A stretch of DNA of 63,946 nt, counting the filler, from Neolecta irregularis DAH-3 (taxonomy: Eukaryota): NCBI GenBank assembly GCA_001929475.1. It is 8 parts of 8 records of this genome, joined end to end, with 100 filler letters (N's around TTAATTAATTAA, not from the genome) between each part and the next. Parts side by side here need not be neighbours in the genome. Positions count along the whole stretch, not along the records: positions 23,915 to 27,122 come from LXFE01003431.1; positions 27,223 to 30,113 come from LXFE01000375.1; positions 30,214 to 31,629 come from LXFE01003439.1; positions 31,730 to 37,778 come from LXFE01000376.1; 4 more parts are not named here. One strand, given 5' to 3'. Each line of letters opens with the position of its first letter. The stretch's first letter is position 1. A program made the position numbers and the translations under genes. Under the pieces are notes generated by a model that saw only the letters and a list, made by a program, of their open reading frames with translations, was not told the DNA's origin and did no database searches. Below are positions 24,203-35,594 of this stretch, piece after piece.

Positions 24203-26551
24203 TCACTTAAAGTCTACATCATACCACCAATTCTTCAAGCATTGAGTTGCTTCAATCGTATCCTCACTCATCCTATTCTTTTGTTGTGTAATCAGCAGCT
24301 TTGCAAGACTGAATATGCGCTCACATTCAGCTGCCATAGCTGGGATGGAGAGTAGGTCGTACGCCATATGGGTGAGCTGTGGGTATTCAGCTTCATGATC
24401 TCTCCACCATTGTAGAATATTATCAACTCGTTTCGGGACAAGTGCAATGTAGGATTCATATTCATCAATAGAGGGAGTTGGTTCGTAGTAATCGGCTGGA
24501 GTGAGAAAGGCTTCAAAGGCATCTAATTCGTGTGTGGTAGCTGTACTGGTTTGGGTTTGACGAGGTTCAATATCGCTGCTTTTCCAATTCTCTTCATAGA
24601 ATACTTGCACGGCCTTTTTGGCTGACTCAACCCATTCCTGATTGGTTGCCCAACATCGTTCTATATATCGCCAGCTGTGGCCTGGGTTGAGTACTAATGA
24701 GGAGATGTAAACAGGAGACTCATCAGTCAGATTGTAATACTTGTCCAGCTTCTGCCAAGCATTGTTGATAGCCATTCGGAAGTGTTTACAACAGTCTTCA
24801 GAGAGGTCTGTTGGAGGCAGCGATAGAGTAGGAGGAAGAGTATGTTTTCGATGTTGTCTTGTGGGTGTTGAGTTGGTGACATCAGGAGTAGTGGAATAAT
24901 CGCGATATCTTATCTTGAGATCTTCAAGATGTTCAAGGATGAATTCAATGTTAGGTAGAACCTCCCAAATGGCTCCATGATGGCCTTGTTCAGCTCTGCT
25001 TTGGTGACGCATTGTAGAATCATAAAACGGCTTCAACATCTCTGCTATCTCAGTAAGAAGCAACCAATCATCTTGACTCAAATGATCTTCCCTAGGTACT
25101 CGCTTGTATACTTCTCTCTCAACCTCACATCTGGCAATGAAACTATCAATTTCATGTCTCTTCTGCAGCGCTCGTGTAAGCATTTTGTAGGTTGAGTTCC
25201 ACCGTGTATCATTATCCTGCAGAACTTGTAGATTCTTTGTATCATGGTTCAACATAGATGTGGAGTCTTCCACCTCGAGGTTTGATATCTTGATGAATAG
25301 CTCTCTACGCTGAGGAGTTCGCCTTATAAAAACGACAATATTATGCAGTTTCCCAATAGGCCCGTGTCGTCTCCAAAGTTCAAGAGTCTCTCGTTCCCGT
25401 CCAAGTGTAGTGTTTGTATCTAGCTCCACCTCAAATGTGTCAGCATTCTTCCCAAATAAGAGTGCTTTGGCAGTGAGATTCAATACATGTCCCCAACAAC
25501 GTAATCTTCGTTCTTTAATCTCTCGAGATGTAACTTGAGGGTTGAGGTATTGAAGGAAGGTACGAAGGCAGGTATCATTGGACTTGGCATTGTCGATATT
25601 GAAGAACCCCACACGTGCCCAAGTTATCTCATAATCAATAGAAATTTGAATTAGGAGTTGGGCCATATTCTCGCCTGAATGAGATCCTTGGAGGCGACGC
25701 ATTCCTATTAATCGTGTTTTGACAATGTGTGATTGGTCCAAGTAGTGAGCGACTACTGCCATAATAGTTAGTTGGTTAGGTGAGGTCCAAAGGTCAAATG
25801 ACAGGTGGATTCGACTGAGAGATTTCTTTATCTCTACTTTAATTTCTTCTGAAGTAGTTTGAAATTCCTTCACTAACCAGTTCCGTATGGTATCACCACT
25901 TTGGGGAAGGAGGCTACCAATATCAGGTGACGCGATCGCCAAGAGCTTCCTGAATAGCTTATTTTCAACGGCAGTAGTAGATACATTTGCATCAACCATC
26001 CATCTCAATAAAACTGACTTGAAGCTCTCTGCTCTTAATTTCACAATCGGGTTACAAGTTATGGCTCTTCTTTGCATATCAAGCACACTTGTTGGGTGAC
26101 GTTTTGATGGCGGATTCTGCTCCTTATCCTTCCCATGTTCATAGAGTTGATGTTTGTTTTGTAAGTGGCTGATGGAATTGGATGTAGCCTCTGCTGCATA
26201 TAGTGTGAACAAATGCCTTGTATCACATCTATCACAGCTCCAAAAAGTCTTATCTTTCTTTCCTGATGTGTTGATTTCAAGGAGATAGGTCCCGTATTTC
26301 TTAATCCATGAAGTTCGTTTCCGTTTTTTATGTAAGTGATCTTCTTTGATAAACTTCCTTTGGCCAATCAAAATGTGAGGTAATTTGTTAAATGTGCTAT
26401 TCTCGGTAAGGTTTGACAGGTCGATATTTGATTGTTCGGCAATTGAGGTTGCTTGGTGGAGGTTTGAAAGGGCATTTATATTCAAGGAGCTGGATGGGGA
26501 GGATATGTAGGCTTGACAGGATGTCACAGAGTCGGTATCATCATCAACCAT
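24203..26551 (-). CDS. hAT transposase (about 782 aa, uninterrupted)
   Basis: BED-like finger (WSCDRC..HLQNKH), SFDLWTS, IDNAKSND, RCWGHVLNL, TRWNSTY, dimerisation domain WWRDHEAEYPQL..LSIPAMAAECERIFS. Confidence 0.93.
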   Translation of the reverse strand: MVDDDTDSVTSCQAYISSPSSSLNINALSNLHQATSIAEQSNIDLSNLTENSTFNKLPHILIGQRKFIKEDHLHKKRKRTSWIKKYGTYLLEINTSGKKDKTFWSCDRCDTRHLFTLYAAEATSNSISHLQNKHQLYEHGKDKEQNPPSKRHPTSVLDMQRRAITCNPIVKLRAESFKSVLLRWMVDANVSTTAVENKLFRKLLAIASPDIGSLLPQSGDTIRNWLVKEFQTTSEEIKVEIKKSLSRIHLSFDLWTSPNQLTIMAVVAHYLDQSHIVKTRLIGMRRLQGSHSGENMAQLLIQISIDYEITWARVGFFNIDNAKSNDTCLRTFLQYLNPQVTSREIKERRLRCWGHVLNLTAKALLFGKNADTFEVELDTNTTLGRERETLELWRRHGPIGKLHNIVVFIRRTPQRRELFIKISNLEVEDSTSMLNHDTKNLQVLQDNDTRWNSTYKMLTRALQKRHEIDSFIARCEVEREVYKRVPREDHLSQDDWLLLTEIAEMLKPFYDSTMRHQSRAEQGHHGAIWEVLPNIEFILEHLEDLKIRYRDYSTTPDVTNSTPTRQHRKHTLPPTLSLPPTDLSEDCCKHFRMAINNAWQKLDKYYNLTDESPVYISSLVLNPGHSWRYIERCWATNQEWVESAKKAVQVFYEENWKSSDIEPRQTQTSTATTHELDAFEAFLTPADYYEPTPSIDEYESYIALVPKRVDNILQWWRDHEAEYPQLTHMAYDLLSIPAMAAECERIFSLAKLLITQQKNRMSEDTIEATQCLKNWWYDVDFK

Positions 26552-27222
26552 TGTGATAATAATGCTGATGATTGCTGTAGGGCTTAAATAATAACAGTGA
26601 AGCTCATTGGTGATAATGAGAGGTGTGGTAATAACCTCCCACTGACCCGCCCTACCTGTCTGTCCCACCCACCCACCTTTCCCATCTGTTGCACTTGCGC
26701 ACCCAATTCTCCCTTCCTGGCCACTCACCTTCCCCATCTGTCCCACCTGCCTGCCCGCCCTTCCCGTCTGCCCTACTCGAGCGCCTGACTCTCCTGTCCC
26801 GCCTGCCCGCCTTTCCAGTCCAACCCACTCGCCTGCCCTCACTTCCCATCCGTTCGTCCCACCCATCCGCCTTTCCAGTCTGTCCCACTGGCGTACCCGA
26901 CTCTCCCATCCCGGCAGCCCGCCTTTGCAGTCCGTCCCACCCGACTGCCCTCACTTCCTGTCCCCACCCTCCCGCCTTTCCCTTATGTCCTACTCACGCA
27001 CCCGCCTCTCCCGTCCAAGCCGCCTGCCTCTCCTATCCCAGCTTGCCCAACTCACCCGTCCCGCTGTAAACGTATTTTGCGGTTACGCTTATCAGTGTTA
27101 TGTGAAGTTAACCAAACTTGCTNNNNNNNNNNNNNNNNNNNNNNNNNNNNNNNNNNNNNNNNNNNNTTAATTAATTAANNNNNNNNNNNNNNNNNNNNNN
27201 NNNNNNNNNNNNNNNNNNNNNN

Positions 27223-30023
27223 CCCCGCCCGCCCAGGCTCGCCCGCCCCGCCGCCCGCAGACGCAAACCCCCCCGCCGCGCAAAATCCGCAAAAGACCTG
27301 CCCGTCCCCAGCTCAAAACTGCTCCACGTCATGGTCGACGCCATCCCCGTCCACGTCTACACCGCCTCCCCGCTCACCGGCCACATCACCTGGGCAAACG
27401 CCCGCTGCCTCTCCTACCGCGGCGCCACCCCCCAGGAGTTCCTCGCCTCCTCCGCAGAGCCCATCCACCCAGACGACTACGACACCTACACCGCCCACTG
27501 GACCGCCGCAATCCGCAAGGGCGAGACCTTTTCCCGCGCCGTCCGTCTCCGCAGATTCGACCACCAGTACCGCTGGTTCCTCACGAAAGCCGTGCCCCTC
27601 CGCGACCACAAAGGCGCCACCGTCCAGTACTTTGGCACCTCGATCGACATCCACGATCAGAAAATCGCGGAGCAAAATGCCGCAAAGCAGGCAGAGATCC
27701 AGGCCTCTGAGCTAAAATACCGCTCCCTGGCAGAAGCCTGTCCGCAGATCGTGTTTGCCGCCACCAGTTCTCGCGGAATAACCTATACCAACACCCACTG
27801 GACGAGATACTCTGGCCAGTCGTTCGAGGAAGCCATTGGCCTTGGCTTCCTCGGCCGTGTCCACCCCTCAGACAGAGGAAAATGCCTCCTTCCGTCCGGC
27901 TCTGAGAACGGCCCGTTTTCAATGGAACTGCTGCTTCAAAGCTCCCCTGGCGAGTTTCGTTGGTTCCTTGTCACTCGAATCTGTGTCGAGCGTCACGACG
28001 ATGGCGAAGGCGATCTTTGGTTCGGCACATGTTCAGATATCAATGAACATAAACTCGTTGAACAGAAACTAAAAGAAGCAAACGAAGCTATTCAAAAAAG
28101 CATGGAGAGCAAAAGTAGGTTTTTGAGTAACATGTCTCATGAGATACGGACTCCGTTGAGTGGGATAGCTGGAATGGCCACGTTTCTATTGGATACACAA
28201 TTGACTGTTGAACAATTGGATTACGCGCACACTATCCAGCATTCTGCAGGAGCTCTGATGGCTGTCATCAACGAGTACCTCTTTCCAATAATCAGGCTAA
28301 CCCTAGTATCCTCGATCTATCCAAAGTAGAAGCCGGAATGATGAGAATCGAGTATTCTGCGTTGCTTGTTCGAGGCATGATTGACGACGCCCATGAAGTC
28401 TTGTCGACAATCGCCATGGCCAAAAACCTCGATTTAAACTACGTCGTTGAAGAAAATGTGCCGAATTTGGTATACGGAGACGGCTTTCGTTTGAGACAGG
28501 TCTTGTTGAATATCATTGGCGTGCGTCGATTATCGTTTACAAGCTTATCTTAGAATGCGATAAAGTTTACAGCTCATGGAGAAGTTTTTACGAGATGTTT
28601 TGTAAAAAAGGAAAGTCCTGTTGAGCCTGGATACGTCAAGCTTTCATTCACCATAGTCGACACTGGGCCTGGTATTACAATTATTTTCGCTGCTGATCTT
28701 AGGATTTGATGAGCAAGATAAACAGGTAATGTTTAAACCGTTTTCACAGGTAGATGCTTCGTCTACGAGAGCACACGGTGGATCTGGACTTGGATTGGTT
28801 ATTTCAAAAAGGTTGGTCGAGTTGCATGGTGGTACGATGCAATGTTCAAGCGTCAAAGGGTTTGGCTCGACTTTTGCATTTTGCGCAAAATTCAAATTAC
28901 AACAGCCTACTCAAGCAAACGATTACTTTAACCCCAATTTGTCGTCGTCGTCGTCATCGTCGTCCTCTGCTCCATCGCCGTCTGTTCATGAATTATCTGC
29001 TTCGTCAACGTATAGTAGTGTCGCACCACCTGAACCAATCCACACTAAATCCTCTAATAAAAATCAAATGTATCAAGGATCACCAAAACAATACACCGTA
29101 TTAATCATTTCACAAAATTATTACGCAAGAGTAGCTATTGATCATCATATCCGTCTTACTGCCCCTGTTCAAATTCCAATCACGGTAAGCGCCGCCGAAG
29201 ATATCGCTACGGCACTAAAGTTTCTCGCATCAGGGGACTTTTCGCATGTAGTCGTAAATTTCAGTCAAGCCAAAGACACCGTGTCGATAATGGAACAACT
29301 AGTCGAAAAGAGCGATACGATATTACTGGTAATCACGACTCCTCTCCAACGATCGAGTATCTTGCAATTAGCAAGCGACTACGAACCTCGATTTTCAAAT
29401 CGTCTTCATTTCCTGTTTAAATTGGTTAAACCAAGTAAATTCAGCGCCGTGTTTGATCCATGTGCCCAACGAGACTCCAGCACCGACTTGAAAATGAAGA
29501 GTGCAAATCAAGTAGTCGCCTCCCAACGACGCGTCTTTGAACAAATGAGGGAAAAATTAAATGGAAAGGAATTTAAAGTCTTGCTTGTGGAAGACAACCT
29601 CGTCAATCAAAAAGTGCTGTTAAAGTTCTTGGACAGAGTCGGCATGCAGGTAGAAACTGCAAACGACGGCCAAGAATGTATCGAAATATTCACATGTCAC
29701 CCGCCAAACTTTTTTCAGCTCATCTTGGTACGCCAATATTAAGGTTTTCTGATTTATAGTGTGATCTTCATATGCCGAGAAAAGATGGATTTCAAGCTTG
29801 TTTGGAAATTAGAGAATGGGAAAAGAAGAATTTGGTCCCTGAATACTCTCCAATTCCAATCGTGGCGCTGAGTGCAAATGTGATGTCTGATGTCGCAGAA
29901 CGTTGCGCAATCGCTGGTTTCACTTCATATATAAGTAAACCAATCAACTTTGAAACATTAAAAGGTTTATTCTCCGAATTTACTTGTTAATTTATAGATG
30001 TGGTTCTAGGGTTAATTTTGTAG
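27223..30023 (+). CDS. Hybrid histidine kinase (PAS/PAC x2+, HisKA, HATPase, receiver); 5' end lost in gap
   Basis: IHPDD/VHPSD PAS motifs, [14 protein letters not shown]-box, N/G boxes (DTGPG, GGSGLGL), [21 protein letters not shown]; 5 introns. Confidence 0.93.
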
Positions 30024-30213
30024 ACGGTCTACAAATCTTTCCGGGTCTATCTACTTGTTTGGATTTTTTTGGTCTCTTGCCTCGGGGGGGGGGGGTTTCA
30101 TTCTTGTTTTTTTNNNNNNNNNNNNNNNNNNNNNNNNNNNNNNNNNNNNNNNNNNNNTTAATTAATTAANNNNNNNNNNNNNNNNNNNNNNNNNNNNNNN
30201 NNNNNNNNNNNNN

Positions 30214-30325
30214 GGATTTCTAATAACAGGAGTATACCTAGTGCGGGGATTTCTAATAACAGGAGTATACCTAGTGCGGAACTTCTAATAACAGGGAGTA
30301 TACCTAACCTAAGTGCGGGAACTTG
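30214..30325 (+). repeat. Tandem repeat of about 33 bp (about 3 copies)
   Basis: TTCTAATAACAGGAGTATACCTAGTGCGG repeated and degenerating rightward; abuts a gap. Confidence 0.8.
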
Positions 30326-31081
30326 GTTAGGTATGCGTAATCGTGCAGGTTAATATACTCCAATATTGAATGTCCCCAATATTGATAACATCTTCACGTG
30401 TGTTAACGGCTTATGTCCTTACAGCCAACGTCGACAAAAGAGGTGCCTGCTGGGTTTGTAGCTTGTTTCCAGCTGGTTCTACTTGAGCAAGTCTCAACAA
30501 CTGGGTCTTTCACGATCCCCTTGCCCTGCATTTGGTTGAAATGTCGTTAAACATGGTACATTTCATCGGAAACTTTCATACAACACGAACGAATGGCAAA
30601 AATGTTATGGCCAGCATTCTTTCGCACTCTCTACTTTTGCTTCGTCAAGGCCAATCCCTAACTCGAGATATTTAAACTCGGATCGGCCTACGAACCTGAG
30701 ATTTTGTTGATTTGACAAGTTTTTGGCTTGCTCAAGCTCGGACGCCGAGCAAAAAGGTGTATAAGAAGAGCTTTGGAAACATCATGAAATAGAGGTTGAG
30801 AAAAAAGCATGATACATAAAGAACCCTTAATCAGCATGGGAACAGGCTAACGTACAAAAGGCCGAGGCCGTGAGTCGGTGGATTACCAGAGGGTAAAGTT
30901 TCGCCGGCTCTGAGCCGAATCCGAGACATATGTCAGCCTCTATAATCAGTATGCATCTTCAATACATGTTTCTACGCCGTTCATTGTCTCGGTCTCGTTG
31001 CATGTTAGTTCACATGATATATCCGTACTCACTTGCGACTTGAAGCTCGGCATAAAAATATGAGCATATTTCTTGTTGCGT

Positions 31082-31112
31082 AGAATTCTATCACGCAGCG
31101 TGATAGAATTCT
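31082..31112. repeat. Perfect inverted repeat with 15-bp arms and 1-nt spacer
   Basis: AGAATTCTATCACGC-A-GCGTGATAGAATTCT. Confidence 0.9.
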
Positions 31113-31729
31113 GAATGGGGAAACGATGGGTCAGACGGCCGCGATGAGATTCAAACGACTGACAACTGTTTTAATTGTTTCAATACTCAGATCGAATCGT
31201 CTCGCTTCATGGTATCGTAAACCTGTAAGGCATCTTTCTCCGATACATAATCATAGGAAAGTCTCAGTTCTCNNNNNNNNNNTGTTTTAATTGTTTCAAT
31301 ACTCAGATCGATCATGGTATCGTAAACCTGTAAGGCATCTTTCTCCGATACATAATCATAGGAAAGTCTCAGTTCTCAAACTGTTTCTTGCGGTGGTCTC
31401 ATATGCCCACCAAAATTTTATTCATGAACCAAGACCCCAAATGTCTCGCCCTTTTCAGGTTTCATAACCTGTTTCAAATATTGACGTCGCGTGCAGAACG
31501 AGTCAATATCTATTTTAGAGCTCACATGTCTTTGAAACATATTCCGGATACGGTGAGGTAATTTGACTCATTTCTTCTGAATCAGTGGAAATATGTTTCC
31601 CTTTCCGACAAAATTCTGCAAATGAGACGNNNNNNNNNNNNNNNNNNNNNNNNNNNNNNNNNNNNNNNNNNNNTTAATTAATTAANNNNNNNNNNNNNNN
31701 NNNNNNNNNNNNNNNNNNNNNNNNNNNNN

Positions 31730-33019
31730 TTTCAAGCGATAGTCGAGCCCGTTTCTCTGAGCGTGTATCCTCATATTGCTCCTCTCCAAACTTTCTTTTC
31801 TCAAGCGTACGGACAAACTCGGGGTTTAAAAGTCTCTTGATAGCGGGATGAATGTTTATCGGATTAAACACATCATTTGCGAATTCCCCAAGTAGGCTCT
31901 TTTTCAATAGTTTGTTGGTCGAGCTTAGATAAATGGGCTCGCGAGTGATGCTTGAAGTATCTCGAAGCTGGGTAGATATCACCCGCGCAGAGATTTCAAT
32001 GTTGCTGTCGACTATCGCCTTTCTCCGTCTAGGAGCAGCTCGCGGTGTTTTGCTTGGAGATGAAGGTAGAGCTTCTGATTGTGGTGGTAACGAGCTGGCT
32101 CTGGCGGATAGCGCGGGAGTACCTCCATGTGGAATGTCGAGTGGAAGGTCAAAGTAGTCTGCGCCGGGAGTTTCTGTATGTCAGCGGGAAACTGGAAAAT
32201 TTTATACCAAGTGGTGATCCAACTCGTGGAGTAAGCAGAGTTTCACCGTCCATGATTCCAGTGTCACCTCCGACATCCATGGGTGTAAGTTCTCGGGTTT
32301 GCTGATGGTGGAATGAAAGTTGAGGTATGTCTTCCATCCCAAAATCAAGCACGAGTGGCTCCTCGTCGCCTTGATCTTTTGCAAGTGGATCATCTTCATC
32401 CTCACGGTGAAAAGAAAACTCTTCTGCTAGCGAGCGAGGAGGTGCTGCATCTCGTCCGATTTCGATAGAAATAGAATCATCCTGTTGAGTTGAACTTTCG
32501 AGAGGTAGATCAAGTGATTTGTCAAACTCGAGATCAAAATCTCTGGTTTCGGTAAGCATACATTAACGAGCGTACGGTAAAATGGGATCGAGACGTAAAA
32601 CATCCACAGCTGTCATGGTATCTTTCATTGTAAAGTTTGCTCTCATCTCGGTATGTTCCAAATCCACGTTCCCCGGGCGGAATGCCTGTAAATATTCAGC
32701 CACATCTCTTCCGAATGGTACCATCTTGATTCTCATTAAAGCTTCATTACAGTCTTCCAATAGATATCGTGCCTTTCGAGAATAAATGCGCACAACGCCG
32801 AGAAGAAGTTGGCCGCTGAGACGAAGAGCCATGGGAGCATCTTCCTGGTCTACAATTGCGCCGATGCTTTTCTGAATATTGGTTTGCAGAGTCTGAGATT
32901 TCGAGAGCTTGCGCTCCATGTGTGCGGCAAGCCATACCCTGGCCAGGGGACCCTATACACTGAGATCCTCCATAGAGAGCAATCACCTTCTTTTGCAGAA
33001 TGAGGTCTGAATAAAACAT
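31730..33019 (-). CDS. RAD21: Cohesin kleisin Rad21/Scc1 (3' end lost in gap)
   Basis: MFYSDLILQKK|GPLARVWLAAHMERKLSK..MALRLSGQLLLGVVRIYSRKARYLLEDC; SIEIGRDA separase-type site. Confidence 0.94.
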
Positions 33020-33047
33020 GGTGGAAGAAGACAGCGATCACGCCCGG

Positions 33048-33067
33048 CGCGCGTAAAAGAAACGCGT
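33048..33067. promoter_or_regulatory. MCB-like (MluI cell-cycle box) elements upstream of RAD21
   Basis: ACGCGT at 33062-33067 plus a second CGCGT core at about 33050, within 50 bp of the ATG; yeast kleisin genes are MBF targets. Confidence 0.55.
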
Positions 33068-33406
33068 AAACAAATTGCAGAAAAATCAATTTGGTGCATT
33101 TGTTATCTACATATTTACATTCATCGACATTAACCGCTGTGCTCCAATCAGATATATTCCCTGGGCAGCAACATTTCTAGCCGCCAACATACTTCCAATA
33201 AACACAAAAAAACCCGTGCGAGAAATGACTTTCATGTGACCGATAGGTTGCGCGAGATAATGAAGCGTTGATTGCGTATTGAAGCGTAAAGTACCCTCGC
33301 GTGCCACGAGGACAGTGCCTAGCAATAAATAAATATTGAAGCGAAAGGTGGCGGTTATATAAGAAGCGAGAAAGGCGTATATCACAAATCTACATGTCCC
33401 ATCCAT

Positions 33407-34183
33407 TTATACCATTTTGATTCGTCCGTCGAGGACAAACGGGCGGACGTGCTCATACCCAATTAAGAAAATGGAATCTTTTTTCAGTGAGACATCATCG
33501 TTTCTGAAATTAGTATCTCAAGTAGCAAAAGATACCCAAACTTGATATCTCCGCAATTTTCCACGATTTTGCAGAATACCGAGGTCGAGAGATCTGGTTC
33601 ATCGACCATGCTGAGCCCCCCCGCTGAGTCATCTAGTCTCTGGAGTTTTGCCGGGAATTGTCTGAGGAAGCTTGCGTCGAGGTGCATTGAAGAGATTTGA
33701 ATATGACTGATGTCAGTGGATGTTTACGATAAAGGTACCGCCGGAGGTACGCCTGCTCGTTCATCGTCATGTATGCTTTATACTGGGCATTCCGTGTATA
33801 GTGGATAGGGAATTTATCTATCTGCCGTAAATAAACGGTTATGGGGGAGCGTGCCTTGTACAATCTAGTCCGGAGATAACTCCGCAGAATATATTTTATC
33901 CTTTCGACTTCTGTTTGCAGTACAACGAGTCCAATATTATTCTTTCCTTGGTCCATCTCGCGCTCTATGAGTTCGACCTGATGTTAGTAGACTGCAGAGA
34001 TATGTGTACTTGTTGACGTATCTGGTCCATCACGGCGTCTACTTGGACGTCTTTGCCGGGTAGAAGCTCGGGCGTCATTCTCTCTGCGATCCAAGCATTG
34101 TGTACGGTCATTATATCTGACTCTGGTTCAGTTGGAGGTTCTATCAGGTCTTGTTCCATAGAATCATCCATATAATCACTCAT
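33407..34183 (-). CDS. SLD5: GINS subunit Sld5
   Basis: AWIAERMTPELL, LQTEVERIKYILRSYLRTRLYK|IDKF, SMVDEPDL..VF; 4 introns including GC-AG 33854-33822. Confidence 0.93.
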
Positions 34184-34230
34184 CTTGATTTGATATTGTT
34201 GCCGAGTCGTCCAGATGAATCCAACACCCG

Positions 34231-35543
34231 ATGCCTCCAAAACGTAAAAAAGAAACACCAGAAACCACCCGCAAAAAAGCAAAGAAACCAGATAAAGCGT
34301 TAACTGCGCAAACAATGAACTTGTCCAGATATATCGGAGCCCATGTATCTGCTTCCGGCGGCGTGCAAAACTCTGTGCTTGGTTCAATTCGCATTGGGCA
34401 AGATATTCCGTTATCAAATTAACGCGTCTAGGGCGAATGCATTCGCTTTATTCCTAAAGTCACAGAGGAAATGGGTATCGCCCGCGTTGAAAGATACAGA
34501 TATCGCTCAATTCAAAATACTTGCTAAAGAACACGGGTTTACGATGATACTACCCCATGGATCCTACCTCGTCAACCTCGCCAATCCGCAGGAGGAAATG
34601 AGGGAAAAGAGTTACGCTTGTTTTATCGACGATTTGCGACGCTGCGAAGCGCTTGGAATTAAATATTATAATTTCCAGTGAGTTTTGGTTTGGATTGGAA
34701 TTGATCAGAGTCCGGGGAGTAATGTGAACCGCGAAGAGGGCGTGAAATTTCTTGCGGGGAATCTGAATAGAGCGCACAGGGAGACGTCGAGTGTAGTTCT
34801 TGTTGTCGAGAATATGGTACCGTTGCGGTGGTTCGGGTTAATACTTAGGCTGGCCAAGGGAATATTCTCGGAGGTAAATTCGAGGAATTGCGAGATATAA
34901 TAGCTAATGTTGACGGTTACACTTTGTTGCGTCTCGAGGCTGAAAGATAGACAAGAGCCGGGTTGGTGTGTGTCTCGATACATGCCATATGTTTGCCTTT
35001 GGCTATGATATCGTTTCTCAGTACGACAAGGTGATGTCTGACTTTGACGAAATTGTTGGCAGAAGATATTTGGCGGCGTTTCATTTAAATGATTCCAAAG
35101 CTGCGTGCGGTGATAAGCGGGACCTTCACGCGAATATCGGTATCCGCGTTGGTGATGGGTGTTGACGGGAGCAGGAGTGGGATATATTGGACTGGAACCC
35201 TTTCGCAAACTGATGAATGACGAGCGGTCAATTGGGATTCCCATGATTTTGGAAACGCCTCAAGAAGACGAACAGGTTTGGGCTGATGAAATAAAGTTGT
35301 TGGAAAGTCTAATTGGCAAACAAGCTGATGATCCAACAGTTGTCGCGGTCCGTCATTGTCTTGCTTGACTGACTTTAGAAAGCAAAAGAACTGAGTAAAA
35401 GCGGGTTAAAGGATCGCCAGGCGCAGAAAGTGAAAGCGGACAAGAAGAAAATCCGGTTGTCGCGGTTCGTCATTGTCTTGCTTGACTGAGTTTAGAAGCG
35501 GTTAGATGCCGAGACGACTTCCGAGAATGAAGAATTAAATTGA
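34231..35543 (+). CDS. APN1: AP endonuclease (endonuclease IV family); stop at 35505 or 35543 depending on the last splice
   Basis: [51 protein letters not shown]; includes GC-AG intron 34398-34431. Confidence 0.94.
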
Positions 35544-35594
35544 TATCGTGTAGGATGTTACATATCAAATCTGATTACATGTTTCTATATACAT

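Larger units (their letters stand above)
23915..27066 (-). mobile_element. hAT DNA transposon, near full length (left end lost in gap)
   Basis: Transposase flanked by G-rich (left) and C-rich (right) subterminal repeat arrays in inverted orientation; candidate terminus CAGCGGGACGGG on the - strand at 27066. Confidence 0.85.

Noticed and set aside
26552-26866. 105-aa N-terminal extension of the hAT ORF, and the ORFs at 26652-27069 and 23923-24192
   Set aside because: Translations of stop-poor subterminal repeats.
30214-30325. CRISPR-like array
   Set aside because: Contiguous tandem units without unique spacers, in a eukaryotic context with no cas genes.
31168-31376. Duplication of about 100 bp with a 14-bp indel
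   Set aside because: Straddles a 10-N gap; most likely an allelic overlap artefact.
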